From assembly GCA_973895155.1 (NCBI GenBank), contig OZ316897.1:1700515-1764514 (forward strand): a stretch of 64,000 bases of DNA, written 5' to 3'. The stretch's first letter is position 1. Each line of letters starts with the position of its first letter. A program made the position numbers and the translations under genes. This document shows positions 11,724 to 24,092 of the stretch, piece by piece. This DNA comes from Marsupella aquatica. Its lineage: Eukaryota > Plantae > Marchantiophyta. The notes beneath the pieces were generated by a model. That model made no database searches and was not told the origin of the DNA. It saw only the letters and a list, made by a program, of their open reading frames with translations.

Positions 11724-14700
11724 TGTGATGCCTAGCCAGGAATCACTCGGCTAGTTTAAGTGGAAAACGGAAGGGTACCCTAGAAACATCTTAGTATAGT
11801 TACAGAAATAAGGAAAATATAAACAATTAAGGATGACTATGGAACCCGAGCCGAGGCCGGAAGTAAGGACGCCAGGGGAGAGAACACGATTAGGGTTAGG
11901 GCACAATAAGTGCCGGCGGCTAGGGGTCACCAACGGGAGAGAAACGCCAAGGAGGAGAGGGGTAAGGGCAGCTCGCGAGGAGTTGTGGCTCATTTGCAGG
12001 CACGAACTGGGTAGACGACTACGGGCGGCCAACTACTGTCAACTGCTTAAGCAAGCACTCAGGGGGGGAGCAGATACCGACTATCAACTCGATAAGGGTA
12101 TGAGCAACGTCAATCAAGCGACACATTTTTGGGGATGCCTGTTCGAACGGGCAACTGAGTACATTGGGACTTACGAGGATGAAGAATCAGAGAGAGCAGC
12201 CCAAGAATGGCAGGAGCTAGCTCGATTGTGGGAGCTGCAGAAAGCTGTCTTCTTAGGAGGAGAACTCATCAAGGCCAAATTCTTGTGGACTCCTACTACC
12301 AATCAACTCGACGACCTTCTGTTTTGCGAAGACAGAGTCGTCGGCATCCGCGAGGCCATCAAACGCTGCAATGACATACACTGGGAGTTGAAGGGTAGCA
12401 TAGAGGGGTGGATAAAGGCAACCGTGCTCGGAGAGACATCCACAACAGCCGAGATGAAGAGGAAGGGAATTAACAACGACGAGGCCACCCCGGCAAAAAG
12501 AACAAGGTCGGCGGCACCAAAGAGGCCAGCCGAACAGCAGAGCAGGAGGCAGAGAGAAGCCGAGGAGGAGGAGGTCAACCCCATCAACGCCGTTCCAACG
12601 AGAGATGACACCTGGAAAGGCTGGGCGGCGATCCTCCCCGAGGAGGTCCAATTACACTTTGCAAGAGAGGAGGATGCATGCTTTACGGCTATGCAGACTT
12701 GGAAATATCAAGGCTTCATGGCCGGATCCGGCTTGGAAGCCTTCGTAAGGTTACCGTGGCTGAAGCCAGAGGTGCCGAATTCAGACTTACTTGAATTCGT
12801 GGGATCATGGGAAGTCCAAGACCAATTCCACAAGGGTGTATGGGAAGGAATTCTATCTCACTCCCCAGGTGATTGCCGAAGTATTTGGCTTGCCGATGGG
12901 CAATAAGACCAAGGTAGATACCAGGAAGACCTTGCCAGACACGGAGTTCAGGTCGTTCCCAGGGCCTTCAACAAAGAATGGCTTCTTCCGTAACACTTGC
13001 ACCAATCCGCATATAGGAGAAATGATTGATTTCTTGCGGGTGACCATGCATTGCAACTGGCCGAGAGCAAAGATCGGCAAGGCATAGGTCTATCTGGCAG
13101 AGAGGCCAGACCCAAGCCGGGACTACAACGGCTACCTCCTCACTCAACTAAAGAAGATCTTGAAGGAGGAATAGCTGGTGATCGGCAAAGGAAGCGTGTC
13201 CCGGCTTGGCTATCACATGCCGCTATTGTGCCGGTATGCCCAAAGTAAGACCTTTGCCCCGGTACTTCCCCTACAGGCAAGGGCACCAGAGGAGGTTCCG
13301 GAACAGAGGCCGGCAACGGAGAAACCCAACCCGCCCGACAGTCCTACAATCGAGCAGGTGTTTAGGCCAAGGACGGAGGACTTGCCGATGCAGCAACCAG
13401 GCATGCAGAATCTGCTGAAACTACTGGAGAAAGAAAAGAGATCGGCATCGACAATGACAATGGCATCGGCAACGACAATGGCATCGGCAACGACAACGGC
13501 ATCGGCAACAATGCAGGACACTGCTCCAGAGGTAGGCCTAAACCGGCTTACAAGGGAAAACCCCTTTACTGGAGTCAAGGAGAGAAGGAGGCCGGAACAC
13601 GAGCCGGAAGTCTGGATGTATGTAGGAGCCTCTAGTCCCAAAGCCGAGGAGAAGCAGGCCGTAACTCCCGGCCACAACAAGGAGAACAGGAGATCAACAC
13701 GGAAGTCGGAGGAGGAACCAAGACCGGCAGGAGGTGAAGCCGTGTTCACGCCAAAACCAGGAGAGGAGCGGGAGAAGCCGGTAGTCCAAGCCGAGGAGGA
13801 GGCGGTGGAGGACTACAGCAATGATAACTCCGGCTATGGGTCGGATCATCATGTTCCAGGAGTAAGGACATGTGGCCGGTTCATCCCCACGCTCCCAAGA
13901 GTAGTCCGAGGGGACCCGAGCCAGTAGAGCAGCCCCGAGTCTCCCCCGCCAGATGTCGCTCCCCCGAGCTTTGACGGCATAAAACAGACGGTGCAGGAAT
14001 TTCAGGAGCAAATCAGGGAGGAAGAGGAGGTAGCCCTGGCTAGAGAGAAGGATTTACCAGGAGGAGAATGGCCAGAAAACATCAGGCGGCTTGCAGAAAA
14101 ATGAGGTAGCCCGCCAGCCACAATAGAAGAGATCCGCAAGGCGGCTTGGGAACAAAGGCCACGGTGGATGATGCCCATGACTTCTACTTCCTCCACCTAT
14201 GCTAAAGATAGAGCCATGGAGTACGGGGAGATGTGTGGAGAACTGGCGCTCAGCATCTTTGGGGAGGAGTTGGAGCAGGGACCCTTTTTCCAGAGGGAGA
14301 TGTTGGAGAAGCGCCAATTAGAAGAAGCGGTGGCCTTGGAAAGAAGCAAGAAGGACGAGGTCATCCGTCGGCTTAGGGAAAGAGAAGCCAAAATCAAGGA
14401 CCTGAGGGCGGCCAAGAAAGCCCAAGATGAGCTGCGGATTAAGCGGCATGAGCTAAATATCATGCAGGGCCAGTTGGATACCGCACAATCTGATAATCGG
14501 ATGATCGAGAATCTACTGACGCAGACCCAAGGAGAGTTGGCCGATGCGATCAAAGAGAGGGAGAAGTGGAAGCAAGAGCTGAGGAATGCAGAGGAGGCCC
14601 ACATAACAGCCAACAACCGGGCCATGGCGGAGACCCAAAGAAAGGAATGGGCGTTGAAGGGGGAGCTCAAGAAAATCCGCAGAGCCCTTGAGCAAAAGGA

Positions 14701-16492
14701 GGCCGAGTTAGGGAAATCCTATCAAGGGATTACGCTGCAGCAGGAGCTTGCGTCCCTGACGGCCAGCTTCAAGGCCGACCTAAGGGAGAAGGACGATATG
14801 CTCGATCAGACTTACGCCAAGATGAACCAGATGGAGTCTGTCATCATTGCAGAGCTCGACAAGGAGCTAAGAGCAACCCGGGAGGAGAGGGCTACCTTGA
14901 AGAAAGAACTGGAGGAAGCCCACAGGGAACGGGAGGAAGCCCAGAAAGAACTGGAGGAGGCGTGCAAGGACCTGGATGAGGTGCAGGAGGAGTTGGAGGA
15001 AAGCACGCGGAGGCTGGAGAACTTACAACGACGAGCCGACAACCAAACGGAGCGGCTGAAGAAACAAGCCGCAGTATTTAAGTGCTTGTCTTCATCAGGC
15101 CCAACTCCAATTGGGGCAACCAAGTTACCAGGAGTGGTACTGGCCGAAGAACAAGCCGCGCCACCTACACCAGTGCCGGAAGTAAGTGGGAAGGGGAAGG
15201 GACCAACTGCCGAACCAGAAAAGAAGAAGAAGCGGAAACCTTCAGGGTCAAGGAGTAATACGACTCCACAGGCCGTGGTGACCAAGGAGGTAGACCCAAC
15301 ACCGACCCTAGACAGGGTCACGGCAAAGGATCCAACTATCCTAGAAGGAGGGGAGGCCGAAGCCATGGCTGATGCTGAAGCCGTGGCTGATGCCGAAGCC
15401 GTGGCTGATGCCGAAGCCGTGGCTGATACCGAGGCCGGTACCGAGGCCAAAGCCGAAGGTGGACCCAGTCAAGCCGATGGAGAGTTGACTAAGTCCGGGT
15501 AGGTAATCTGTCAGAGAACGAACCCACGGCAGTGGCTGAGGAGGAAACATTGGGGGCGTCCACTGAGGAACAGACACCGCTGCCATGACGGTGGTGGAAG
15601 GCCGCTCCTTTCAAGGAGGGCGGACGTGGAGGGAGGAGGCGTGAGTGGGCAGGGCGGGCTCGGATCTCTAAGTTTAGGATTAGGATCAGGACGAGGAGGC
15701 GGCCCTGACACTTAGCTTAGTGGGATTGCGGTTCCACTAGTAAGAGCAATACTTGTACTCCTGCCTCGCTGTACATAGGTAGATTCAGTTAGGTAGATTA
15801 GGCTTACGCTGCAAAGAATTAGGCGGATCCACTACCAGGATAAATACCTGGGCTGCGGGGAGCTTAGGGCCTCTTCTTTAGCAAGTTTTTAGTTTGCACC
15901 AGCCGGGCTGGGATCAAGTAGTAAGAGAAGCTCTCGGTTAGTCATACAATGACCTTGTGTATATTCATGTTTCCTCATGCCTAAGAGCTGAATAGAGTTG
16001 GCCTCACGGCTTAGTTTGCAGAGCTTGTGTATGAGATGTACTGTTTGTATGGCAAGTGCATGGTATGACTCAGTCAGAAGGAGTCATTTTACTATTTGTG
16101 TGTCGCATTAACTTGTGTGAAGAGTGCCCACATCAACTAATAGATGAAGGAAAGTAAGCAAGGGAGTGAGAGTTGGATGTGCCGAGCTGAGAGAGGTCTT
16201 AGCGGCTTAACCAAGCCTATTGGGGATCATTCCGGCGGCGGAATCCAAATATACCTAACCAGAAGGAGAGGAAGACAAGGGAAGGCCTAGAGTAGGCCGA
16301 CTACATATCTCATGACCCGATGAAGGATCTGTCCAGTATATGTGTGTAAAATGTTAATAGTAGTAGTACAAGGAGGTTAGCAGCGTCCCATGCCGCTAAG
16401 CCGCGAAAATGGCCTCGCCAAGCGCGAAACCTGCGGGAATCGGCTTGTGCTGGTGGGTTTCTTGGGTTTAGGGAGCCATGGGACGCACCACA
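11724..16492 (+). mobile_element. ORF-bearing TG...CA unit, copy 1 (solo-LTR-like, 4769 bp), inserted in the chromovirus 3' UTR
   Basis: TGTGATGC...GCACCACA ends; flanks GGTAC/AGTAC; no internal direct repeats, gag or pol. Confidence 0.88.
11833..15502 (+). pseudogene. ~1200-aa ORF of copy 1: PMD/Transposase_32-like domain plus long coiled coil; frameshift near 12815 and several stops
   Basis: ORFs 11833..12906, 12791..13087, 13178..13927 and 14168..15502 are colinear with copies 2 and 3. Confidence 0.8.
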
Positions 16493-16683
16493 AGTACTGC
16501 CCTTTGGTTCCAACCAGCCCGCCCACAGATGTAGGGCGGGCACCATCAACTTCCACTTGCAAAAAGCAAATCGGCCGCCCAACAACCTCTAGCACCCACG
16601 CAATCCAACTTTATCCTTAAGAGGCCGAGAGGAGTGAAACTAGGATACAACTCACAAAGGTAGCTATAGCTACCTATACCCGT

Positions 16684-19652
16684 TCACAACGGCGGTAGGC
16701 CGCTTCGCTTACGATAGCTTCCAAGGATCTTTGAGGCATTACCCAAATTTTCTTCCGGCTCCCAAGTACTCTCGGCCTGGTCGTAGCCAGCCCACTTCAC
16801 CAAATACTCTAAGATTTGCCTTCCCAACTTGTGTTTGTAACGGTGGTCCAGAATGGCCTCCACCTCAAACTCCTCAGCGTCCTCCACCAGCATGGCGTCC
16901 GGATGCAAGACCTGATCCCGGTTGGGATCATCATCTTTGACAAATTTCTTGAGCCGACTGACATGGTAGCTTTTGCCCACGCCCATTTCCTTGGGTGTCT
17001 CCAACACCAGTAAAACCGGATTATCCTTGTGGGCCCATTGTATGATGCGATAGGGCCCCGCATATCTGGGAGCCAGCTTCCTACTTATGTTCCCGTGGTA
17101 TTGCTCAGGTCTCAACTGCAACCAGACGTGCTCCCCAATATCAAAGCTTACCTGGCGTCGATGTTTACCCCCTTGCTCCTTGTACCGACTTTGGGCAAGG
17201 GTCATACCCTTGGTAGCCACTTCCACAACTAGGCGCCGCTCTCGAATAAAATTGTCCGCGGAAGGAACCTTGCTTTCCGTCCGCCAAGCTTCCGGATTTA
17301 TAAACCAGGAGGGGGCCCTTGGCATCCTCCCTGTGGCCAACACAAACGGCGCAAATCCCATTGCCGAATGCTTGGTCGAGTTATACCTAAACTCGGCCAT
17401 TGTTAAATGCTTTGCCCAATCCTTTTGATTGGCCATCACAAAGTGACGCAAGTAGTCCTCCACGATACTATTAACCTATTCCGTCTGGCCATCTGTCTCA
17501 TGATGATATGCAGATCCCCTAGTTAGGTCCGTTCCGGATAACCGGAACAACGCCTTCCAGAAATGGCCCGTGAACTTGGTATCGCGATTGGACAGGATAT
17601 GCAACGACAATCCCCATTGTTGGAAGACATTGTCATACACTAGACCGGCAACCTCTCGGGCTGAAACCATCTTCGTAGTAGGCAAGAAATACGCCATCTT
17701 GGAAAAACGATCCACAATTGTTAAGATGGAGTTACTGCCGTGGGACTCAGGTAACCCAACAATGAAGTCCATGGAGATAGACTCCCATGGAGCCGCAGCT
17801 ACTGGTAAGGGTTGCAACAGTCCTTCTTTTGCCCTATAGACCGTTCGGTTCTTTTGGCACGAGTAACAACTTTGCACATGTTGAAGGACCGACTGCTTCA
17901 TGTCCGGCCAACACACATCTCGCGACATGCTGCGATACGTAGCGGCTTGTCCTCCATGCCCTTCCCAGGGCGAGTTGTGGTACTTTTGCAGAACCTCTAA
18001 CCTTAGAGACTCTGGTATGTACACACGCCTCTGCTTGTATCGCCATAACTGGACATTACGCGTCGTATCCAACCCCAACGATACGTGCCTTACCTTGCCC
18101 CGACTACCCCCATTGCTTTGCCAATCCTTAGCTAACCTGTCATCCCCATACGCCGCGGCCAGAACCTTTGGCCACTTAGATTTGAGCATCGTGATCCCAT
18201 TGACACGATGTTGGTCCTTACGCGATAACGCCTCGACTGCCGTGTTTGACTTCCCTGGAACGTGGCGGACTTCAAAATCGAAATCCGCCAAGAACATCTG
18301 CCAACGCATTTCCTTGGGGTTCAGCCTAGGCTTAGAACTGAAGTAACCGGCCGGCAAGCTATCTGTATGGATTACCACTTTGGGACCGTTCTTAAGGTAA
18401 ATCTCCCACTTCTTCAATACATAGATTACAACATACATTTCCCTTTCCGGCGTGACCCAGTGATTTTCCAGCTTACATGACTCGAAGGCCACAGGACGCC
18501 CATCTTGGTGAAGACAGGTGCCAATGGCATAATCACTTGCGTCTGTCCAAATTTCGAACAGCTTCCCCATCTCAGGTAACTTTAGAACCGGCGGCGTTAT
18601 CATTAACCGCTTAAGTTCTAGGAATGCTAACTCGCAATCCTGTGTCCACACAAACACTTTGTTTTTCAACGTTAGCGCATTGAGGGGCCTCGCAATCCTC
18701 GTATAGTCTTTCATGTATCTCTGATAGAACCCCGTAAATCCTAAGAAGGCTCTAACTTGCCTTATATTGGACGGGCGCTCCCATTCTTTGATCTCCTTAA
18801 GCTTGTCTTGACTAGGCGTAATCCCTTCCGGGGTAAAGGTATGGCCGAGGAACTGAATCTCGTTCATTGCAAACTCGCACTTGCTAGGTTTAGCAAAGAG
18901 ACGAGCCTTACGAAGGCGAGAGAACACTTCTCTGAGCAACTGCTCATGCTCCTCCAATATTTTCGAGTAGATTAGGATGTCGTCAATAAAGACGACCACT
19001 CCTTGGTCCAACAAGTCATGAAAGATGGTATTCATCATCTTCATGAACATTGCGGTTGCATTACACATCCCGAACGGCATAACCAAAAACTCATAGGATC
19101 CGAACCTTGTGCGCATCACGGTCTTATACTCGTCTATCTTAGCCATGCGGATCTGGTAATACCCAGACCGCAAGTCCACCTTTGAAAACTTCTTAGCCCC
19201 GGGGAGGCAATCAAAGAGGTCATCCATATGAGGTAACGGGTACTTGTTCTTTACCGTTTGCTTATTGAGGGCCCGGTAATCTGCGCACAATCTCAAAGTA
19301 CCATCCTTTTTGGACACAAACAGTGCGGGCACCCCGTAAGGACTCTTACTAGGGTGAATAAACCCTTGGTCGATCAACTCTGACTTCCAAGGCGTTCTTT
19401 AACATCATCCGCTTGTTCAGGTTCAGATGATAAGGAGCTTTAGCCTGAGGAGCCGATCCCGGCTCCAACTCAACTTGGTGATCCACTTCTCTCCGCGGGG
19501 GTAAACCTTTAGGTAGTTTCTGCGAGAGCACGTTGTTGAATTCCTCTAAAATTTCAGGAATTCGGCCGCAGTCGGGCCCGATCTTAGCTGACTTGGCCTT
19601 TGGCTGTGATGCAGCCTCCTTAGTTGGGTGGAGATGAAAGAAGAAACATTCA
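16684..19652 (-). pseudogene. Chromovirus pol: RT, RNase H, integrase, chromodomain
   Basis: [34 protein letters not shown] zinc finger, [25 protein letters not shown]...YLVKWAGY...TWEPEENL; stop at 17476 and frameshift near 19380. Confidence 0.97.
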
Positions 19653-22600
19653 TGTGATGCCTAGCCAGGAATCACTAAGCCCGGTTTACATGGTAAGCAA
19701 GAGTGTACCCTGGAAACACCTTAATATAGGACCAAAAACAAGGAAAATATAAACAATTAAGGGTGACTATGGAACCTGGGCCGAGGCCGGAAGTAAGGAC
19801 GCCGGGGGAGAGAACATGATTAGGGTTAGGGCGCGCTAAGCGTCGGCAGCTAGGGGTGACCAACGGGAGGGGAGACCAGAGGAGGAGAGGGGTAAGGACT
19901 ACTCGCAAGGAATAGTGGCTCATTTGCAAGAACAAACTGGGCAGACGACTACGGGAGGCCAAATGCTGTCAGCTGCTTAGACAAGCACTTGGGGTGGGAA
20001 CAGATACCAACAATCGACTCAAGGAGGGTATGAGCAACGTCAATCAAGTGGCACATTTTTGGGGATGCCTGTTCGAACGGGCAGGTGAGTACGTCAGGAC
20101 TTACAAGGACGAAGAATCGGAGAGAGCAGCTCGAGAACGGTAGGAGCTTGCTCGGCTCTGGGAACTACAGAAGATGGCTTTCTTAGGAGGAGAACTTATC
20201 AAGGCCGAGTTCTTGTGGACTCCTACTGCCAATCAGCTCAACGACCTTCTGTTTTGCAAAAACAGAATTGTCGGCATCCGGGAAGCCATCAATTGCTGCA
20301 ACGACCTACACTGGGAGTTGAAGGGTAACACGGAGGGGTGGACGAAGGCAACCTTGCTAGGAGAAACATCCATGGCAGCCGAGATGAAGAGGAAAGGAAA
20401 CAACAACGAAGAGGCCACCCCGGCAAAAAGAACAAGGTCGGCGGCACCTAGGAAGCCAGCAGAGCAGCCAAGCAGGACAAGGGGAGAAGCCGATGAGGAA
20501 GAGGTCGATCCCATCAATGCCATTCCAACAAACGATGACACCTGGAAAGGCTGGGCGGCGACCCTACCGGAGGAAGTGCAATTACACTTTGCACGGGAGG
20601 AGGATGCATGCTTTACAGCCATGCAGACCAAGAAGTACCAAGGCTTCATGGCCAGATCCGGCTTGGAAGCCTTTGTAAGATTACCATGGCTGAAGCCGGA
20701 GGTACCAAACTCAGACTTGTTAGAATTCGTGGGATCATGGGAACCCGAGACCAATTCCACGAGGGTGTATGGGAAGGATTTCTATCTCACTCCCCGGGTG
20801 ATTGCTGAGGTGTTTGGCTTGCCGATGGGTAATAAGACCAAGGTTGATACCAGGAACACCTTACCTGACAAGGAGTTCCGGTCATTCCCAGGACCATCAA
20901 CAAAGAATGGCTTCTTCCGGAACACCTGCACCAACCCGCACATCGGAGAGATGATTGATTTCTTGCGAGTGACCATGCACTGTAACTTGCCGAGGGCAGA
21001 GATCGGCAAGGCTCAGGTCTACCTGGCAAAAAGGCCAGACCCAAGCCGGGATTACAACGGGTACCTCCTCAACCAACTGAAGAAGATCTTGAAGGAGGAA
21101 TAGCAGGTGATCGGCGTGGGAAGCGTGTCCCGGCTTGGCTATCACATGCCGCTGTTGTGCCGGTATGCCAGAAGTCAAATCTTTGCCCCAATACTTCCCC
21201 TATCGGCAAGGGCACTGAAGGAGGTCCCGGAGCAGAGGCCGGCACCAGAGAAGCCCAACCAGCCCGACAATCCAATGATCGAGCAGGTGTTTAGGCCAAG
21301 GAAAGAAGACTTGCCGATGCAGCAACCAGGCATGCAAAATCTGCTGAAATTGCTGGAGAAGGAAAAGAGAACGGTTCCGGCAACGGCAACGGCAACGGCA
21401 CTGATACAAGACGCTGCACCAGAAGTCGACCTAAGCCGGCTCAGAAGGGAAGACCCCTTTACCGGAACCAAGGAGAGATTGAGGCCGAAACACAAGCCGG
21501 GAGTGCAAATGTACGTGGGAGCCTCAAGCCCCGAATCAGAGGCAGAGGAGCCGGGAGTCCAAGTAGTGGAGGAGGCAATGGAAGACTACAGCAATGATAA
21601 CTCCGGCTATGGGTCGGATCATCATGTTCCAGGAGTAAGGACCTGTGGCCGATTTATCCCCACACTTCCAAGAGTAGTTCGAGGGGACCCCACCCAGCAG
21701 AGTAACCCCGAGTCTCCCCCACCAAAGGTTGCTCCCCCGAGCTTTGACGGCATAAAGCAGACGGCACAAGAATTTCAGGAGCGACTTAGGGAGGAAGAGA
21801 GAGCAGCCCTGGCTAGGGAGAAGGATTTACCAGGAGGATATTGGCCGGAGGACATCAAGCGGCTTGCCGAGAAAAGAAGCAACCCTCTTGCCACCGTAGA
21901 AGAAATCCGCAAGACGGCTTGGGAGCAAAGGCCGCGGTGGTTGATGCCGATGACTTCTAGTTACTCCACCTATGCTAAGGATAGAGCCACGGAGTACGGG
22001 GAGATGTGTGGGGACCTGGCGCTCAGCATCTTTGGGGAGGAGTTGGAGTAGGGACCCTTTTTCCAGAGGGAGATGTTGGAAAAGCACCGATTAGAAGAAG
22101 CGGTGGCTTTGGAGAGAAGCAAGAAGGACGAGGTCATCCGGCGGCTTAGGGAGAAGGAAGCCAAGGTGGAAGACCTGCAGGCGGCCAAGAAAGCCCAAGA
22201 TGAGTTGCGGATTAAGCGGCATGAGCTAAACATCATGCAGGGGCAAATGGATACCGCTCAGTCTGACAATCAGATTATCAAAGATAAACTGACTCGGACC
22301 CAAGGAGAGTTGGCCGGCGCAGTCAAGGAGAGAGAGAAATGGAAGCGGGAGCTAAGGGATGCAGAGGAAGCCCACTTAGCAACCAACAATCGGGCCATGG
22401 CGGAGGACCAGAGAAGGGAGAGGGCATTGAAAGGAGAGCTCGAAGATATGTGCGGAGCCCTTGAGCAGAAGGAAGCAGAGTTAGGGAAATCCTATCAAGG
22501 GATTATTGCGCTGTAGCAAGAGCTTGCGTCCCTGACGGCCAGCTTCAAGGCTGACCTGCGTGAAAAGGATGACCAGCTTGACCAGACTTATGCCAAGATG

Positions 22601-23234
22601 AATAAGATGGAGTCTGTGGTCATCGTAGAGCTCGACAGGGAGCTGAGAGCAACCCAGGAGGAGAGGGCTACCTTAAAAAAAGAATTGGAGGAAGCCAATA
22701 AGGAGCTGGAGGAGGCACGCAAGAACCTGGACGAGACCCAAGAGGAGTTGGAGGAAATCACGAGGAAGATGGAGAACCTACAGCGGCGGGCCGACAACCA
22801 AACGGAGCGGCTGAAGACACAAGCCGCAGTATTTAAATGCTTGGCTTCATCAGGTCCAACTCCAATTGGTGGAACCCAGTTACTAGGGGTAGTATTGGCC
22901 GAAGGACAGGCCGTAACACTCACCCCGGTGTTGGAGGTAAGTGGCAAGGGGAAGGAACCGGCTGTCGAAATAGGGAAGAAGAAGAAGCGGAAACCCTCTA
23001 GGTCTGGGAGTTATACGGCTTCTCAAGCCATTGTGACCAAGAAGATAAACCCGGCACCAACCTCCGGCATCGGCACGGTAGTGGATCCACCAGTCCTAGG
23101 AAGTGGAGATGGCAAGGCTGAGGCCGGGAGAACCAGTAATGCTGCCGAGGTACCAGATCCTCCACTAGAACATGTCTGGGAGGCCGTAGCCGTAGCAGAG
23201 GCCGTGACCGATGCTGAGGCCGAAGCTGAGGGTG
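19653..23234 (+). mobile_element. ORF-bearing TG...CA unit, copy 2, first part (decayed ORF from ~19769); inserted in pol between PR and RT
   Basis: TGTGATGC start; flank ATTCA (19648-19652) is the reverse complement of TGAAT at 35439-35443; colinear with copy 1. Confidence 0.9.
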
Positions 23235-24092
23235 CACTAGAAGAATCCGAGGTGAACTGAGACCCCAATATGTGACTCATTTTGGCTCATGTGACTTCAT
23301 TGTGACTCAACGTGACTTGACCCACGCTGTGACCCTTGGAGTTGCAAAAGTTGAGACCAAAAAATGGAAGTCACTATTGATACTGGGCTTTGCAACTTGC
23401 TTGATACCCATTTGTGACTGATCTGTGACTTTATTGTGGAGTCTAGCCTTGTTTCGACGTGACTGCAATATGACTTCAGCGAGTCACATCGTAAGTCACA
23501 TACATGACTTACCCGCATTCAACAACGACTAGCGTGTGACCATTTAGTGTCACAGGAGAGACCAATGGAGACCCTGGCCCGCGTCACACAACAGAACCAT
23601 TTGGGACTCTATATACTCATGTTTATAACTAATAAGGTTCACATGCAAGTTATAACCATGACTAATGAACACAGAGGGACAGTTCATAAGGAGAGAGAGC
23701 ACTCGACATTACAATACATAGAAACCTGATGTTCTAACTTTAGAAATATAACACATTGAATACAAGAAATGAACATAGCATGATGAATGACATCCACATG
23801 AAACAAAGCATCATATAAGCAGATCCTACATAAAACATTCATAAGAATTAAACACAATCACAATCTTGCTAAAAAATGAAGATCATTTGAATTCCAATGG
23901 AATAGTTTACAATGTGATCAATGTAATTCAGACCAAACAGGAACTCATAATTGATGACTGCAGGATGAGATAACTGAAAGCACATGCATGATACTATGAA
24001 TCTCCAAGAGGACATGATTCTTGTACTGCTTCTTGACATCTAAAATCTACATAACATGACTCACACTACAAACAAATAATGGCATGACATTG

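Noticed and set aside
14168-15502. Coiled-coil ORF as a host SMC/myosin gene or a retroviral env
   Set aside because: It is the C-terminal part of the unit ORF; no ATPase motifs and no transmembrane segment are visible.
11724-23234. Copies 1 and 2 of the ORF unit read as the two LTRs of one element enclosing the pol at 16684-19652
   Set aside because: Each copy has its own TSD, copy 2 interrupts pol mid-frame (GGHE|CFFF), and no PBS or PPT adjoins them. The pol belongs to the AGT...ACT chromovirus.
23260-23600. Spaced short repeats suggesting a CRISPR-like array (also 9450-9652, 54005-54352)
   Set aside because: Units are 5-26 bp, irregularly spaced, with no unique spacers or cas genes, in a eukaryotic TE context. 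They are subterminal or tandem TE repeats.
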